From a bacterium (GTDB lineage: Bacteria > Patescibacteriota > Minisyncoccia > 2-02-FULL-40-12 > IGHO2-12-FULL-4): DNA of 64,000 bases. The stretch is from NCBI GenBank assembly GCA_030647955.1, contig JAUSIQ010000031.1, positions 2,920 through 66,919 on the forward strand, in the 5' to 3' direction. The notes beneath the pieces are model-generated. The model was not told where the DNA came from. It ran no database searches and saw nothing but the letters and a program-made list of their open reading frames with translations. The position numbers were made by a program, and so were the translations under genes. Positions 38,731 through 47,877 of the stretch are shown here, piece by piece (within the stretch, counting starts at the first letter, position 1; each line of letters begins with the position of its first letter).

Positions 38731-39117
38731 ATACCACTATATTTTATCATTCTGTGCCTAACATAGCGAACCCCAGGATATTATCAAGAACGATTTCTGT
38801 GGATAACCCGCCCCTAGTTGATCCCGTACGAAGTTTTTACAGTCGGAGGTTGTTTTTTAAAATTTTAAGCATATTTAGACGAGACCATACTCTTTTTTGG
38901 ATGTGGATAATCAAACTTCGTTCGGGATTGACAACCGTTGGCTATTGTAATACAATGTAATTTAAAGATTGATTTCTGAGCCAAGGTCCGCATTGAAGCG
39001 GGCATTTTCTTTAATAGTTGTCCGAGCGCAGTGCGTAAGTGCACGAGCACGGCTACAAATAATACTAAATTTTGTAGTTACTCGTCTACTTCGTATTTCC
39101 TCGTAAACAAAATTTGT

Positions 39118-40428
39118 ATGTTAGATACCAAACAATTTCTTTCGGCCATTCAGCAAATTGCCGAAGAAAAGGGGATAGCCAAGGAGAAGATCTTGGATAC
39201 TATCCAGTTAGCGATTGCCGCGGCCTATAAAAGAGATTATGGCGAGAAGGGACAGATTATTCGCGCCAAGCTCAATGCCGAAACCGGGGAGACAGAGGTT
39301 ACCCAGATTAAGTATGTAGTGGAAGGAGTAGATGAGGAAGGATACTTAACTGGTGAATTGCCGCAGAGAAGTGAAGAGGATAAAGAAATGGAACGCCGCA
39401 CCGCAGGCCGACGTTCGGATAATCCCAAAGAGGAGAATCCTTCTGGGGAAACTATCAATGAAGCGGGAGAGCTTAAGATTAAATACAGCCCGGAGAAACA
39501 CATTCTGTTAGAAGAAGCACAAGCGATCGATAAAAAATTAAAAGTTGGAGATGAGTTGGTTATTCCATTGGAAGCCAAAACGGATTTTGGCCGTATTGCC
39601 GCACAAACTGCTAAGCAGGTGGTTATTCAAAAACTTCGCGAAGTAGAAAGAGAAGTAATCTATAACGAATTTAAAGGACGCGAAGGAGAAGTGGTTAGTG
39701 GGGTGGTGCAAAGACGAGAAGGACCAACGGTCTATATCGATTTAGGCAAAACCAACGGCTTGTTACTTCCTCCGGAGCAGTTGGAAACCGATAATTATCG
39801 CATCAACCAGCGCTTTCGTTTTTATGTGGTTAAAGTAGAGGATACTAATCGCGGTCCGGTAGTTTTGTTGTCCCGTTCTCATCCTCGTTTGGTTTCTAAG
39901 TTATTCGAATTTGAGGTGCCGGAAATTGAAACTGGCAGTGTGGAAATTAAAGCGATGGCGCGTGAAGCAGGCTCTCGTTCCAAAATCGCCGTATCTTCTA
40001 AAGAAGAAGGTGTGGATCCGATCGGTTCTCTAGTGGGACAAAAAGGAGTGCGCGTGCAGATGGTTATCAATGAACTTTCCGGAGAGAAGATTGATATTAT
40101 CGAATGGAGCGACAACCCTGTGAAGTTCATTACGAATGCGCTTTCTCCCGCCAAAGTAGTGGATGTGAAAATTTTAGACGAGGTGAGACGGCATGCTTTA
40201 GCGGAGGTCAACGAAGATCAGTTCTCTTTGGCTATCGGTAAAAAAGGACAGAATGTTCGTTTAGCGGCTAAGTTAACAGGATGGAAGATCGACGTACGCT
40301 CTCCGAAAGAAACGCTTTCTTTGGACGTTGTTCTAGAAGGAGAAGCTGGTACGGTTCCGGCAGAAGAGAAAGTGGCTGAAGCAGAGGAAGAAAAAAAACC
40401 TGAAGAAGCTAAGGCTACTCAAGAATAA
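39118..40428 (+). CDS. nusA: transcription termination/antitermination factor NusA
   Basis: N-terminal MLDTKQFLSAIQQIAEEKGI; S1 and two KH domains. ORF-track start 39031 is an upstream in-frame extension; start taken at ATG 39118. Confidence 0.88.
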   Translation: MLDTKQFLSAIQQIAEEKGIAKEKILDTIQLAIAAAYKRDYGEKGQIIRAKLNAETGETEVTQIKYVVEGVDEEGYLTGELPQRSEEDKEMERRTAGRRSDNPKEENPSGETINEAGELKIKYSPEKHILLEEAQAIDKKLKVGDELVIPLEAKTDFGRIAAQTAKQVVIQKLREVEREVIYNEFKGREGEVVSGVVQRREGPTVYIDLGKTNGLLLPPEQLETDNYRINQRFRFYVVKVEDTNRGPVVLLSRSHPRLVSKLFEFEVPEIETGSVEIKAMAREAGSRSKIAVSSKEEGVDPIGSLVGQKGVRVQMVINELSGEKIDIIEWSDNPVKFITNALSPAKVVDVKILDEVRRHALAEVNEDQFSLAIGKKGQNVRLAAKLTGWKIDVRSPKETLSLDVVLEGEAGTVPAEEKVAEAEEEKKPEEAKATQE

Positions 40429-40432
40429 TATG

Positions 40433-40506
40433 GATCCCGTTAGAGGTTTCGCTCGTGACCAAGTCGCGAGTCCGTAGGACCTCGGCGGGGCTACCTCTAA
40501 CGGGAT
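40433..40506. repeat. hairpin element with terminal inverted repeats GATCCCGTTAGAG / CTCTAACGGGAT (family copy 2)
   Basis: Termini 40433-40445 and 40495-40506. Core differs from copy 1 but is again GC-rich with internal hairpins. Lies between the nusA stop (40428) and the tig ATG (40505). Confidence 0.6.
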
Positions 40507-41788
40507 GGAGATTAATTTAAAACGGGGAAAAAACTCTGAAGCGGAGCTGAAAGTCGAGCTCACGCAAGAAGACCTCAAACAATACATTAAAAAAGCCGGC
40601 GAAGAAGTGGCGGCTTCAGTGGCCATGGACGGTTTTCGAGCCGGCAAGGTTCCTTTGGATGTGGTCAGAAAGAAAGTGGGGGATGAGAAGATTTTGGAGG
40701 TGGCCATGGATTTGGCTATTAAAGAGAGTTTTTTTCAAGCTATTAAAAAGGAAAAAGTAGATATTATTTCTTCTTCGGATTTGAAGGTGATCGATAACAC
40801 CGCGGAGAAGTTGAAATACGAAGTGAAGATTATTCTTTTTCCGGAGGTGAAATTGGGAGAGTATAAGAATTTAGGAATGAGTCTTAAGCCGGTCAGCGTC
40901 AGCGAAGAAGAAGTGCAGGATACTTTAAAATATATTCAAAAAACTCGAGCGGAGTATAAGGAAGTAGAAACTCCGGCCGAAAAAGATCACCGGCTCGAAA
41001 TCGATTTCGAAGTCAAAGATAAAGGAGCGGTGATCGACGGAGGAAAGAGTGAGAATCATCCTGTGGTCCTGGGGGAAGGCAATTTTATTCCTGGCTTTGA
41101 GGATCACTTGGTGGGGATGAAAAAAGGAGAAACGAAAAACTTTTCTCTGGAGGTGCCGGGGGATTATTATCAAAAAAGTGTGGCTGGCAAGAAACTCGAT
41201 TTCTTGGTAACTATTAAGACTATTAAAGGAGCAATTCTGCCGGAGTTAACGGACGATTTTGCGAAGAGCCTAGGAAAGTTTGAGTCAGTGGAGGATTTAA
41301 AAAAGAATGTTAGTCGCGGTTTGCAAAGCGAAAGAGATCAGAAAGAGCGAGACCGTGTACGTTTGTTGATTCTCGATAAAGTTAATGAAAAAACCGAGAT
41401 GGAAGTTCCGGATAAAATGGTGGAAGAGCAGCTGGATATCATGGTGAGTAATTTCGATCAGAACCTCCACGCCAGGGGATTGGAGCTAAGTCTTTATCTA
41501 ACTCAAATCAGCAAGACTCAAGATGAGTTGCGCAAAGAATGGCGAGAGCGAGCCGTGAAACAGATTCGACAAGGATTAATTATGCGGGCTATCAGCAAAG
41601 CAGAAGAAATCAAGGTGGGCGAAGAAGAGGTGGCTCAAGCCGTCGGGGCGCTGTTAAGTCGCTATGCGGGAGCGGAAGAACTACAAGCTAAGGTTGATCC
41701 GGAAGAGCTAAAAAACAGAGCAAAGGAATCTCTACTTAACGAAAAGGTATTTGATTATCTCGAGAAAGAGAATATCAAAGAAAACTAA
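40505..41788 (+). CDS. tig: trigger factor
   Basis: Ribosome-binding signature GFRAGKVP, FKBP-like middle domain; 427 aa. Confidence 0.85.
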   Translation: MEINLKRGKNSEAELKVELTQEDLKQYIKKAGEEVAASVAMDGFRAGKVPLDVVRKKVGDEKILEVAMDLAIKESFFQAIKKEKVDIISSSDLKVIDNTAEKLKYEVKIILFPEVKLGEYKNLGMSLKPVSVSEEEVQDTLKYIQKTRAEYKEVETPAEKDHRLEIDFEVKDKGAVIDGGKSENHPVVLGEGNFIPGFEDHLVGMKKGETKNFSLEVPGDYYQKSVAGKKLDFLVTIKTIKGAILPELTDDFAKSLGKFESVEDLKKNVSRGLQSERDQKERDRVRLLILDKVNEKTEMEVPDKMVEEQLDIMVSNFDQNLHARGLELSLYLTQISKTQDELRKEWRERAVKQIRQGLIMRAISKAEEIKVGEEEVAQAVGALLSRYAGAEELQAKVDPEELKNRAKESLLNEKVFDYLEKENIKEN

Positions 41789-41805
41789 CACAAACAAAAA
41801 AGCAC

Positions 41806-41834
41806 TCCATGGAGTGCTTTTTTGTTTGTGTCTT
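41806..41834. terminator. rho-independent terminator
   Basis: AAAAAAGCACTCCATGGAGTGCTTTTTTG. A second perfect 15-bp hairpin AGGCCTTTCGCAAAA...TTTTGCGAAAGGCCT follows at ~41834-41885. Confidence 0.7.
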
Positions 41835-42075
41835 AGGCCTTTCGCAAAACATTCCTTACGAAAAAATATTTTGCGAAAGGCCTATCTTTTTGTGGTTACC
41901 GTCATGCCGGTGCCCACCAACATTCTTGCGAATATTAACAGTTTTCTCTTGCCAGCTAAGTTTGGTAGATGTAATATAAAATATCACATCGCTTTTTCGG
42001 TGAGGAAAAAGTATTAGAAGGAAGAAAACGAACACGATAGTAGCCTGGGTATAATTATATCACTTTAATCTTTGT

Positions 42076-42468
42076 TTGTCAAGCATAGATATGTTCACCT
42101 CAAGTAAGGTTTCTGGCTGGATTTTGCGCATCGGGCTGGCGGCAGTCTTTCTCTGGTTTGGCGCGGACAAATTCATTCATCCTAACTACTGGCTTAATGC
42201 TTGGGTGCCGGATTGGGCCGTGTCTTTTTTGGGGCGCTTTAAGGTCACCGGCAGCCAATTTGTTTATTTTAATGGTGTCTTTGAGGTGATCGTCGGCTTG
42301 AGTTTGCTGACCAATTTATTTAGTAAATTCTTCTCTTTTTTGGCTATTCTGTTTCTGATCTCCGTGATTACTATGAACGGTATTAACGAGATTACGGTTC
42401 GTGACATAGGGCTAATTGGGGGGTTGGGAGCGATCCTTTTCTGGCCCCCTCGTCCACGACGCTTCTAG
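42076..42468 (+). CDS. DoxX-family membrane protein
   Basis: 130 aa, four hydrophobic helices; ILRIGLAAVFLWFGADKFIHP resembles DoxX. Confidence 0.5.
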   Translation: MSSIDMFTSSKVSGWILRIGLAAVFLWFGADKFIHPNYWLNAWVPDWAVSFLGRFKVTGSQFVYFNGVFEVIVGLSLLTNLFSKFFSFLAILFLISVITMNGINEITVRDIGLIGGLGAILFWPPRPRRF

Positions 42469-42563
42469 TTGACACCGACACTCTCTAGTTGTATAATTTG
42501 ATCAGCCTTAGAAAAGCTTGCAGGGCTTTTTGGGGCTAGCCCAGCAGGGGTACTCCATGGCCC

Positions 42564-43754
42564 TTGCTGGGTCCTTTCATATTTATGCGACCAACTAAAA
42601 TCATTTATTTAGATCATGCCGCTACCACTCCTCCTCATCAGAGGGTTGTTGAGTTGATGAATAAGTTGACTCAAAAAGTCTGGGGCAATCCGTCTTCAGT
42701 TTATACCCATGGAAAAGAGGCAAAAAAAGTACTGGAGAATACCCGACAAAAAATAGCCGGCTTGCTGGGAGTTAAAGCGGGGGAGATAATTTTTACGGGG
42801 TCTGGCACAGAATCGGATAATATGGCAATTTTGGGAACCGCGCGTGCTCATCAAAAACACGGGCGACACGTTATCATTTCTGCTATCGAACATTTGGCGG
42901 TTTTAAAAGCTGGCCAGTGGCTAGAGAAAGAAGGTTTTCAAGTTACCTATCTGCCAGTCAATTCGAATGGAATAGTTAATCCGGAAGATTTAAAAAACGC
43001 TCTACGAAAAGACACCATTTTAATTTCTCTTATGCAGGCCAATAACGAGATCGGCACTATTCAGCCGGTTAAAGAAGTGGCGGAGATCGTGCGGCAGTGG
43101 CGAAAAAAGCATAGACAAGAGTGGCCATTTTTACATACCGATGCTTGCCAAGGAGCGGGCTATTTAAGCATTCAGCCGCATGGATTGGGCGTGGATCTAC
43201 TCACGATCAATGGTTCTAAAATTTACGGACCGAAAGGAGTGGGAATTTTGTACAAGAAAAATAGTTTACAGCTCGAACCGATGTTAGTGGGCGGCTCACA
43301 GGAAAACGGCTGGCGAGCGGGAACGGAAAACGTTGCTTTGGCGGCAGGCATGGCTTTGGCTTTAGAAATTGCCGAACAAGAGAAAAATAAAGAAGTGAGA
43401 AGGCTGACGGCTTTGCGCGGCGGGCTTATTAAAAACATCTTAAAAGAAATTCCCGAGACCAAATTAAATGGGGATACTAAAAAGAGATTGCCTAATAATA
43501 TTAATTTATCTTTCCAAGGAGTAGATGGAGAAATGCTGGTTCTCGCGTTGAATCAAAGGGGAGTGGAAGTTTCGACCGGTTCGGCCTGCACGACTGCCGA
43601 GACCGGCCCCTCCCATGTCTTAAAGGCTATTGGTAGCTCGAACGGGTGGGGTAATATCCGGATTACTTTAGGAAGAGAAACTACGCGCTTGGAACTTAAA
43701 AAAACTCTCGTCGTGCTAAAAAAAGAAGTGGATAGATTGAGATCTATGGTCTAG
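42564..43754 (+). CDS. cysteine desulfurase (class V aminotransferase, IscS/NifS-like)
   Basis: YLDHAATTP N-terminus (probable start at Met 42585), SGTESDN, PLP-lysine context GSKIYGPKGVGILY. Confidence 0.85.
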   Translation: MLGPFIFMRPTKIIYLDHAATTPPHQRVVELMNKLTQKVWGNPSSVYTHGKEAKKVLENTRQKIAGLLGVKAGEIIFTGSGTESDNMAILGTARAHQKHGRHVIISAIEHLAVLKAGQWLEKEGFQVTYLPVNSNGIVNPEDLKNALRKDTILISLMQANNEIGTIQPVKEVAEIVRQWRKKHRQEWPFLHTDACQGAGYLSIQPHGLGVDLLTINGSKIYGPKGVGILYKKNSLQLEPMLVGGSQENGWRAGTENVALAAGMALALEIAEQEKNKEVRRLTALRGGLIKNILKEIPETKLNGDTKKRLPNNINLSFQGVDGEMLVLALNQRGVEVSTGSACTTAETGPSHVLKAIGSSNGWGNIRITLGRETTRLELKKTLVVLKKEVDRLRSMV

Positions 43755-43776
43755 ATCTTTTCAACTATCAAAAAAC

Positions 43777-44016
43777 ATGTATAATATGGGCAGCTCTTTT
43801 TTTGGAGGCCCTATGAGTAACAAGCTTATTGTCAAAGCCATAGATGACCTGACTTTAGATGAGATGGTAGCCATGCTTAGAGAGATTAAGATGACTTCGG
43901 AGGAAGAAGAGGCGCAGAGGATTAGTTTTGCTTACGGTAATGTAAAATTGTCCAATCCTGCTATAACTTTGGAAATGGTTATAGAAGCGGCCAGAAAACA
44001 CCCTCGAAAGAAGTAG
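43777..44016 (+). CDS. small hypothetical protein
   Basis: 79-aa ORF, no motif. Confidence 0.3.
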   Translation: MYNMGSSFFGGPMSNKLIVKAIDDLTLDEMVAMLREIKMTSEEEEAQRISFAYGNVKLSNPAITLEMVIEAARKHPRKK

Positions 44017-44037
44017 ACCCGCAAGGGTCTTTTGTTT

Positions 44038-44226
44038 TGTCCGCCCACTAGGAGTTGGTCTCGGCTCTCGTTCGCCCGTCGGCGAACTCGGCCTAACCAC
44101 CAGCTCGCCATGTCATCTACTGACGACATATGGCTCCGCTGTTCAACTCCTAACGCCAGCCAAGTAGTTGGCTGGCTGTGGTCTGTTAAACATAAAGAGA
44201 CCCTTCGGCCTCTTTATGTTTACATG
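44038..44226 (-). repeat. tRNA-Lys-linked insert ending in a reiterated tRNA 3' end
   Basis: CCGCCCACTAGGAGTTG at 44040-44056 repeats the tRNA-Lys 3' end (44228-44245). An inverted partial copy TTCAACTCCTAACG lies at ~44146-44160. GC-rich hairpins. Motif CTCGGCCTAACCACCAGC is shared with the tRNA-Ile insert. Confidence 0.55.
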
Positions 44227-44299
44227 TCCGCCCACTAGGAGTTGAACCTAGAACCTTATCCTTAAGAGGGATCTGCTCTGCCAATTGAGCTATGGGCGG
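44227..44299 (-). tRNA. tRNA-Lys (anticodon CUU), no encoded CCA
   Basis: Acceptor CCGCCCA/UGGGCGG, anticodon loop CUCUUAA, T-arm CUAGG-UUCAACU-CCUAG. Confidence 0.75.
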
Positions 44300-44311
44300 G
44301 GCTAATTGTTT

Positions 44312-44386
44312 TGGTGCCCTCGGAGGGAATCGAACCCCCATTGCTGGTTCCGAAGACCAGTACTTTATCCGTTAAGCTACGAGGGC
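44312..44386 (-). tRNA. tRNA-Arg (anticodon UCG), CCA encoded
   Basis: Acceptor GCCCUCG/CGAGGGC, anticodon stem CUGGU/ACCAG, loop CUUCGGA, T-loop UUCGAUU, ACCA 3' end. Confidence 0.8.
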
Positions 44387-44815
44387 ATCTTTGCTTTTAA
44401 ACCATTTAAAGTCTTTAGCTGTTTTTCTTCTGTGGCAGTTTGCGCACCTTACATCGCATTTGTCTACTTCTTCTTTTATCTTATATAATTGGTAGCGTCC
44501 TGTGACTAAATGCGACACTGCTTTGAATTTATCTCTTTGGTGATCAAATTCCAAAACTCTAACATCCGCTTCTTTGCAATCAACACAGGGGTGTCTAGAT
44601 AGATAGTCTAGAATAAAGCTTTGCGCCGCCAGTCTGTTCTTAAGATTTCTTTTACTGGTTTTCTGCAAATAGTAATTTCTGTTGTTATAGTAATGCTTTT
44701 TAATTAATGTACGAGCACATTCTTTGCATTGATAATGGCGCAGACCCTCGGCCTTTATTTTAAAGCTGAACTGATCTAGGGGCTTTTTCTTCTTGCATCT
44801 CGTGCATTGCTTCAT
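44372..44815 (-). CDS. HNH endonuclease (free-standing, homing-endonuclease-like)
   Basis: Zinc-ribbon CxxC pairs plus HNH core CVDCKEADVRVLEFDHQ...CANCHRRKT; 147 aa; the 3' end overlaps the 5' end of tRNA-Arg by ~15 nt. Confidence 0.7.
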   Translation of the reverse strand: MKQCTRCKKKKPLDQFSFKIKAEGLRHYQCKECARTLIKKHYYNNRNYYLQKTSKRNLKNRLAAQSFILDYLSRHPCVDCKEADVRVLEFDHQRDKFKAVSHLVTGRYQLYKIKEEVDKCDVRCANCHRRKTAKDFKWFKSKDALVA

Positions 44816-44973
44816 AGACTTATTATAGTCTATTTATCCTCGAAACACAATTAATAATCCGAAGTCTTTCGATATGTATACCTCGCAGAGGGCTAACCAT
44901 AGAAAAACTAATTTAGTTAACCAGAAAACACCCAAAATAGCAAACTTAAAACCCCGTTGTCGGGGCTTTAAGT

Positions 44974-45546
44974 TTAAGAAACGATTTCAATTCTAATTTT
45001 TCTAAGACCGAAGTCTAAAGCCTCCTGGCGGCTAGCAAACCAAATGTCGACACGTTCAGAAAAACGAGAATGCATCCGGTCCTCGACGACGAAGGTTTTA
45101 TCTCCGTACATCGCCGGAATCCTGATAACCGTTCCAAAAGGCAAGAAGTTAGCCGCGACGATACCGTCACGCACGTGGGTACCACGAGCAGTGATAAAAG
45201 GGGAATCGTCAGTTTGGTCCACGGTAGAAGAATAAGCCGTAGCCGTAACCACATAGGTCTTGGCAATAGTCGGCACCACCTTTTTATTAGCCACCGGGTT
45301 AGAGGTAGCGACCAAAGCGGTGTTTTGCATAAACTGCATATCAAGCTTCTGCGCAGGCTTCAACTCAATAGGAGATTCTTCTGAAATTCCCATAGAGATG
45401 TTCTGGCCAACGAAAGCAGTTAAAGGAGAGGTAGTTTCTATTTTTTTGGAAGAGAACCAATTAAATATGCCAGCATTGGCTTGGGAAGGAACAGTCATAA
45501 CAGTAATGCTAATAATAGCCAATAAGCCTAATATGTATTTGTTCAT
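44974..45546 (-). CDS. 3D-domain (MltA/YuiC-like) cell-wall-associated protein
   Basis: Signal peptide; C-terminal TATAYS...DDSPFITARGTHVRDGIVAANFLPFGTVIRIP...FVVEDRMHSRF resembles the 3D domain. Confidence 0.6.
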   Translation of the reverse strand: MNKYILGLLAIISITVMTVPSQANAGIFNWFSSKKIETTSPLTAFVGQNISMGISEESPIELKPAQKLDMQFMQNTALVATSNPVANKKVVPTIAKTYVVTATAYSSTVDQTDDSPFITARGTHVRDGIVAANFLPFGTVIRIPAMYGDKTFVVEDRMHSRFSERVDIWFASRQEALDFGLRKIRIEIVS

Positions 45547-45927
45547 ATAATCAAAAAGGCCTTGTTATCGGCCCCTTTTAAACTAAAAACCCCTTGCGGG
45601 ATTCAATACATTAATATTAACATATCCAGGCCCAAAAGTCAACATTAAACCCCAATTTTGTCAAGTCCGGCTGACAAATAAAAAGTAGCCTTAAGGTAGG
45701 CTGTTTTGGATTAATTTTCTGCCGGAGGCTAAAGGCAAGGCGCTCTTGTAAAATATTTCGGACAAAGTGGAACGGTTGAAGTAGGGGATGTCTGTGGATA
45801 TTTATTTAGGCAGGTCTCGATAAGGGTGTTAAGCTATAAAAAGGTCTTTATAAAATAATTCCATTATAAAAAATGAATATTCTCACATGTTTATTTTTTA
45901 AAAATTGAATTATAAAAAAATAAGCAT

Positions 45928-46965
45928 ATGAAAATATTTAGTAGGACTTCAGCAGTTGTGACGGCTGTAGTTTTTGCGTTCGGTTTGGCTGGGCTGCTCA
46001 TAGCTAGAGCGGCAAGCACGCCATCTCTCGGGACAGCGGCAACTTATGGTGTTCTTGCCAGTACCTACACCAATACGACGGCGGGGACCACGGTTAATGG
46101 AGATATTGGATTCACTACTGGACCGGCAGTTACTCCCTTAGGTGTGCATACCAATTACGGATCTGGCGCCCCTTACGCAACAGCTGGCACGGATCAGGGC
46201 AGTGCCTTATCTGCTCTGGCTTCCCAGCCATGCACGTTCACTTTTGCGTCCGGAGCAATTAATCTCTCTACTGACACCACTCACGGTCCAGCTGGGATTT
46301 ATACGCCTGGAGTGTATTGTACAACAGGCGCTGCATCCATCGGAACAGCGGGAATTACTCTCTCCGGTGGGGGGACGTATATCTTCAGAGTAGATGGTGC
46401 ACTTACTACGGTAGCTAATTCTGTAGTCACGTTAGCCGGTGGTGCAGCAGCTTGTGATGTATTTTGGACTCCAGCCGCGGCCACCACGCTTGGTGCCAAT
46501 TCCACTTTTGTGGGAACTAACATTGATGCCGCAGGTATTACTATTGGTAGTACCGTAGCGTGGACGGGAAGAGCGTTGGCATTCGGCGGAACGGTCACAT
46601 CTGATGCCGATACTATTACAGTGCCGGCGTGTGCGGCCCCCACTCCGACTCCGACTCCCACGCCTACTCCCACGCCTACACCAACCCCTACGCCCACACC
46701 GACACCCAGTGTAGCCCCGACTCCTACTCCCAGCTTAACTCCTACTCCCACTCCTACGCTCAGCGTAACACCCACGCCGACTCCTCTTGCTCCGACTATT
46801 ACACCTGCGCCTAGCGTATCGATTACGCCATCGTCTGCTCCAGCACTGCCGAATGCGGGAATTGCTCCTGATGAGAAAAATACAACCTGGAGTATTATTA
46901 CGCTGGCTGGGATATTTGCGGTTGCGATCTTCTTCTACCTTGCTCGAAGAAAACAAATAATCTAG
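45928..46965 (+). CDS. cell-surface protein with DUF3494/ice-binding-like beta-solenoid domain, PT linker and C-terminal sorting signal
   Basis: [34 protein letters not shown] resembles the ice-binding-like family. Long (PT)n linker. C-terminal LPNAG, hydrophobic stretch, RRKQ tail. A sortase gene follows. Confidence 0.55.
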   Translation: MKIFSRTSAVVTAVVFAFGLAGLLIARAASTPSLGTAATYGVLASTYTNTTAGTTVNGDIGFTTGPAVTPLGVHTNYGSGAPYATAGTDQGSALSALASQPCTFTFASGAINLSTDTTHGPAGIYTPGVYCTTGAASIGTAGITLSGGGTYIFRVDGALTTVANSVVTLAGGAAACDVFWTPAAATTLGANSTFVGTNIDAAGITIGSTVAWTGRALAFGGTVTSDADTITVPACAAPTPTPTPTPTPTPTPTPTPTPTPSVAPTPTPSLTPTPTPTLSVTPTPTPLAPTITPAPSVSITPSSAPALPNAGIAPDEKNTTWSIITLAGIFAVAIFFYLARRKQII

Positions 46966-47042
46966 CTTAAGCATTGAGAAGTGTAAACAAACAAGAACCT
47001 CGCAAGGGCGAGGTTCTTGTAGTATAATCTCGTCAGAAGTTT

Positions 47043-47678
47043 ATGCAGTTAAAAATATTATTAAGACGAATATTGTTTGTAGGCGGCGTTCTAGGGTTGC
47101 TATTCTCCTTGGCGCTGTCTTTCTATTTTCTTTTACAGAGCAGTTCGACACTACTTATTCAAAACACCACCGCTCTTTCAGTTACTGCTTTGACAGGAGA
47201 AGAGGCGAGCTTTGGTCTGCCTGCATCGACGGTAGGCAGGCCGGTGCGTCTTAAAATCCCAAAGATTGGAGTTGATTCTGTTGTAGAATATGTGGGGCTT
47301 ACTTCTAATGGAGCAATGGATGTACCAAAAAGCCGAGACAATGTAGCATGGTTTGAGATCGGGCAGAGCCCTGGGGAGAATGGCAGTGCCGTCATTGCCG
47401 GACACTACGGACTGGAAAACAGGAAAACATCGGCGTTTGATAATTTACATAAATTACGCCAGGGCGATAGATTGTACATCGAAGACGACAAGGGGGTGGT
47501 CATTTCATTTGTGGTGCGCGAAAGCCGAAGGTATGACCCGAAAGCGGACGCCTCCGCTGTGTTTGGTTCAAGTGACGGGAAGTCGCACCTAAACCTTGTT
47601 ACTTGCGAAGGAGATTGGAATGACGTTTCTGAAAGTTATACTAAAAGACTCGTGGTGTTTACGGATAAGGAAGAGTAG
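47043..47678 (+). CDS. sortase (transpeptidase)
   Basis: N-terminal TM; catalytic His in VIAGHY, Cys in NLVTCEG, Arg in KRLVVF; 211 aa. Confidence 0.8.
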   Translation: MQLKILLRRILFVGGVLGLLFSLALSFYFLLQSSSTLLIQNTTALSVTALTGEEASFGLPASTVGRPVRLKIPKIGVDSVVEYVGLTSNGAMDVPKSRDNVAWFEIGQSPGENGSAVIAGHYGLENRKTSAFDNLHKLRQGDRLYIEDDKGVVISFVVRESRRYDPKADASAVFGSSDGKSHLNLVTCEGDWNDVSESYTKRLVVFTDKEE

Positions 47679-47723
47679 CTTCTGCGGAGAACGGGAGTCC
47701 TTCTCTTTCTATATTTTTCTACC

Positions 47724-47746
47724 AAAACCGCCCATAGGGCGGTTTT
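47724..47746. terminator. bidirectional terminator
   Basis: AAAACCGCCCATAGGGCGGTTTT. Confidence 0.7.
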
Positions 47747-47877
47747 GGGTTATTCGGAGCGGATAACGGGAGTCGAAACCGTCTCTGGTCCTTTGCAAGG
47801 ACCCATAATACCGATATACGATATCCGCGAATTATTCTTGATTATATGACAAAACGAGAATAAATCAAGAATAATAT

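Noticed and set aside
44306-44488. 60-aa + strand ORF
   Set aside because: Overlaps tRNA-Arg(UCG) antisense.
46299-46974. Antisense ORFs 46299..46775 -, 46629..46814 +, 46735..46974 -
   Set aside because: All inside the (PT)n-coding repeat of the DUF3494-like gene.
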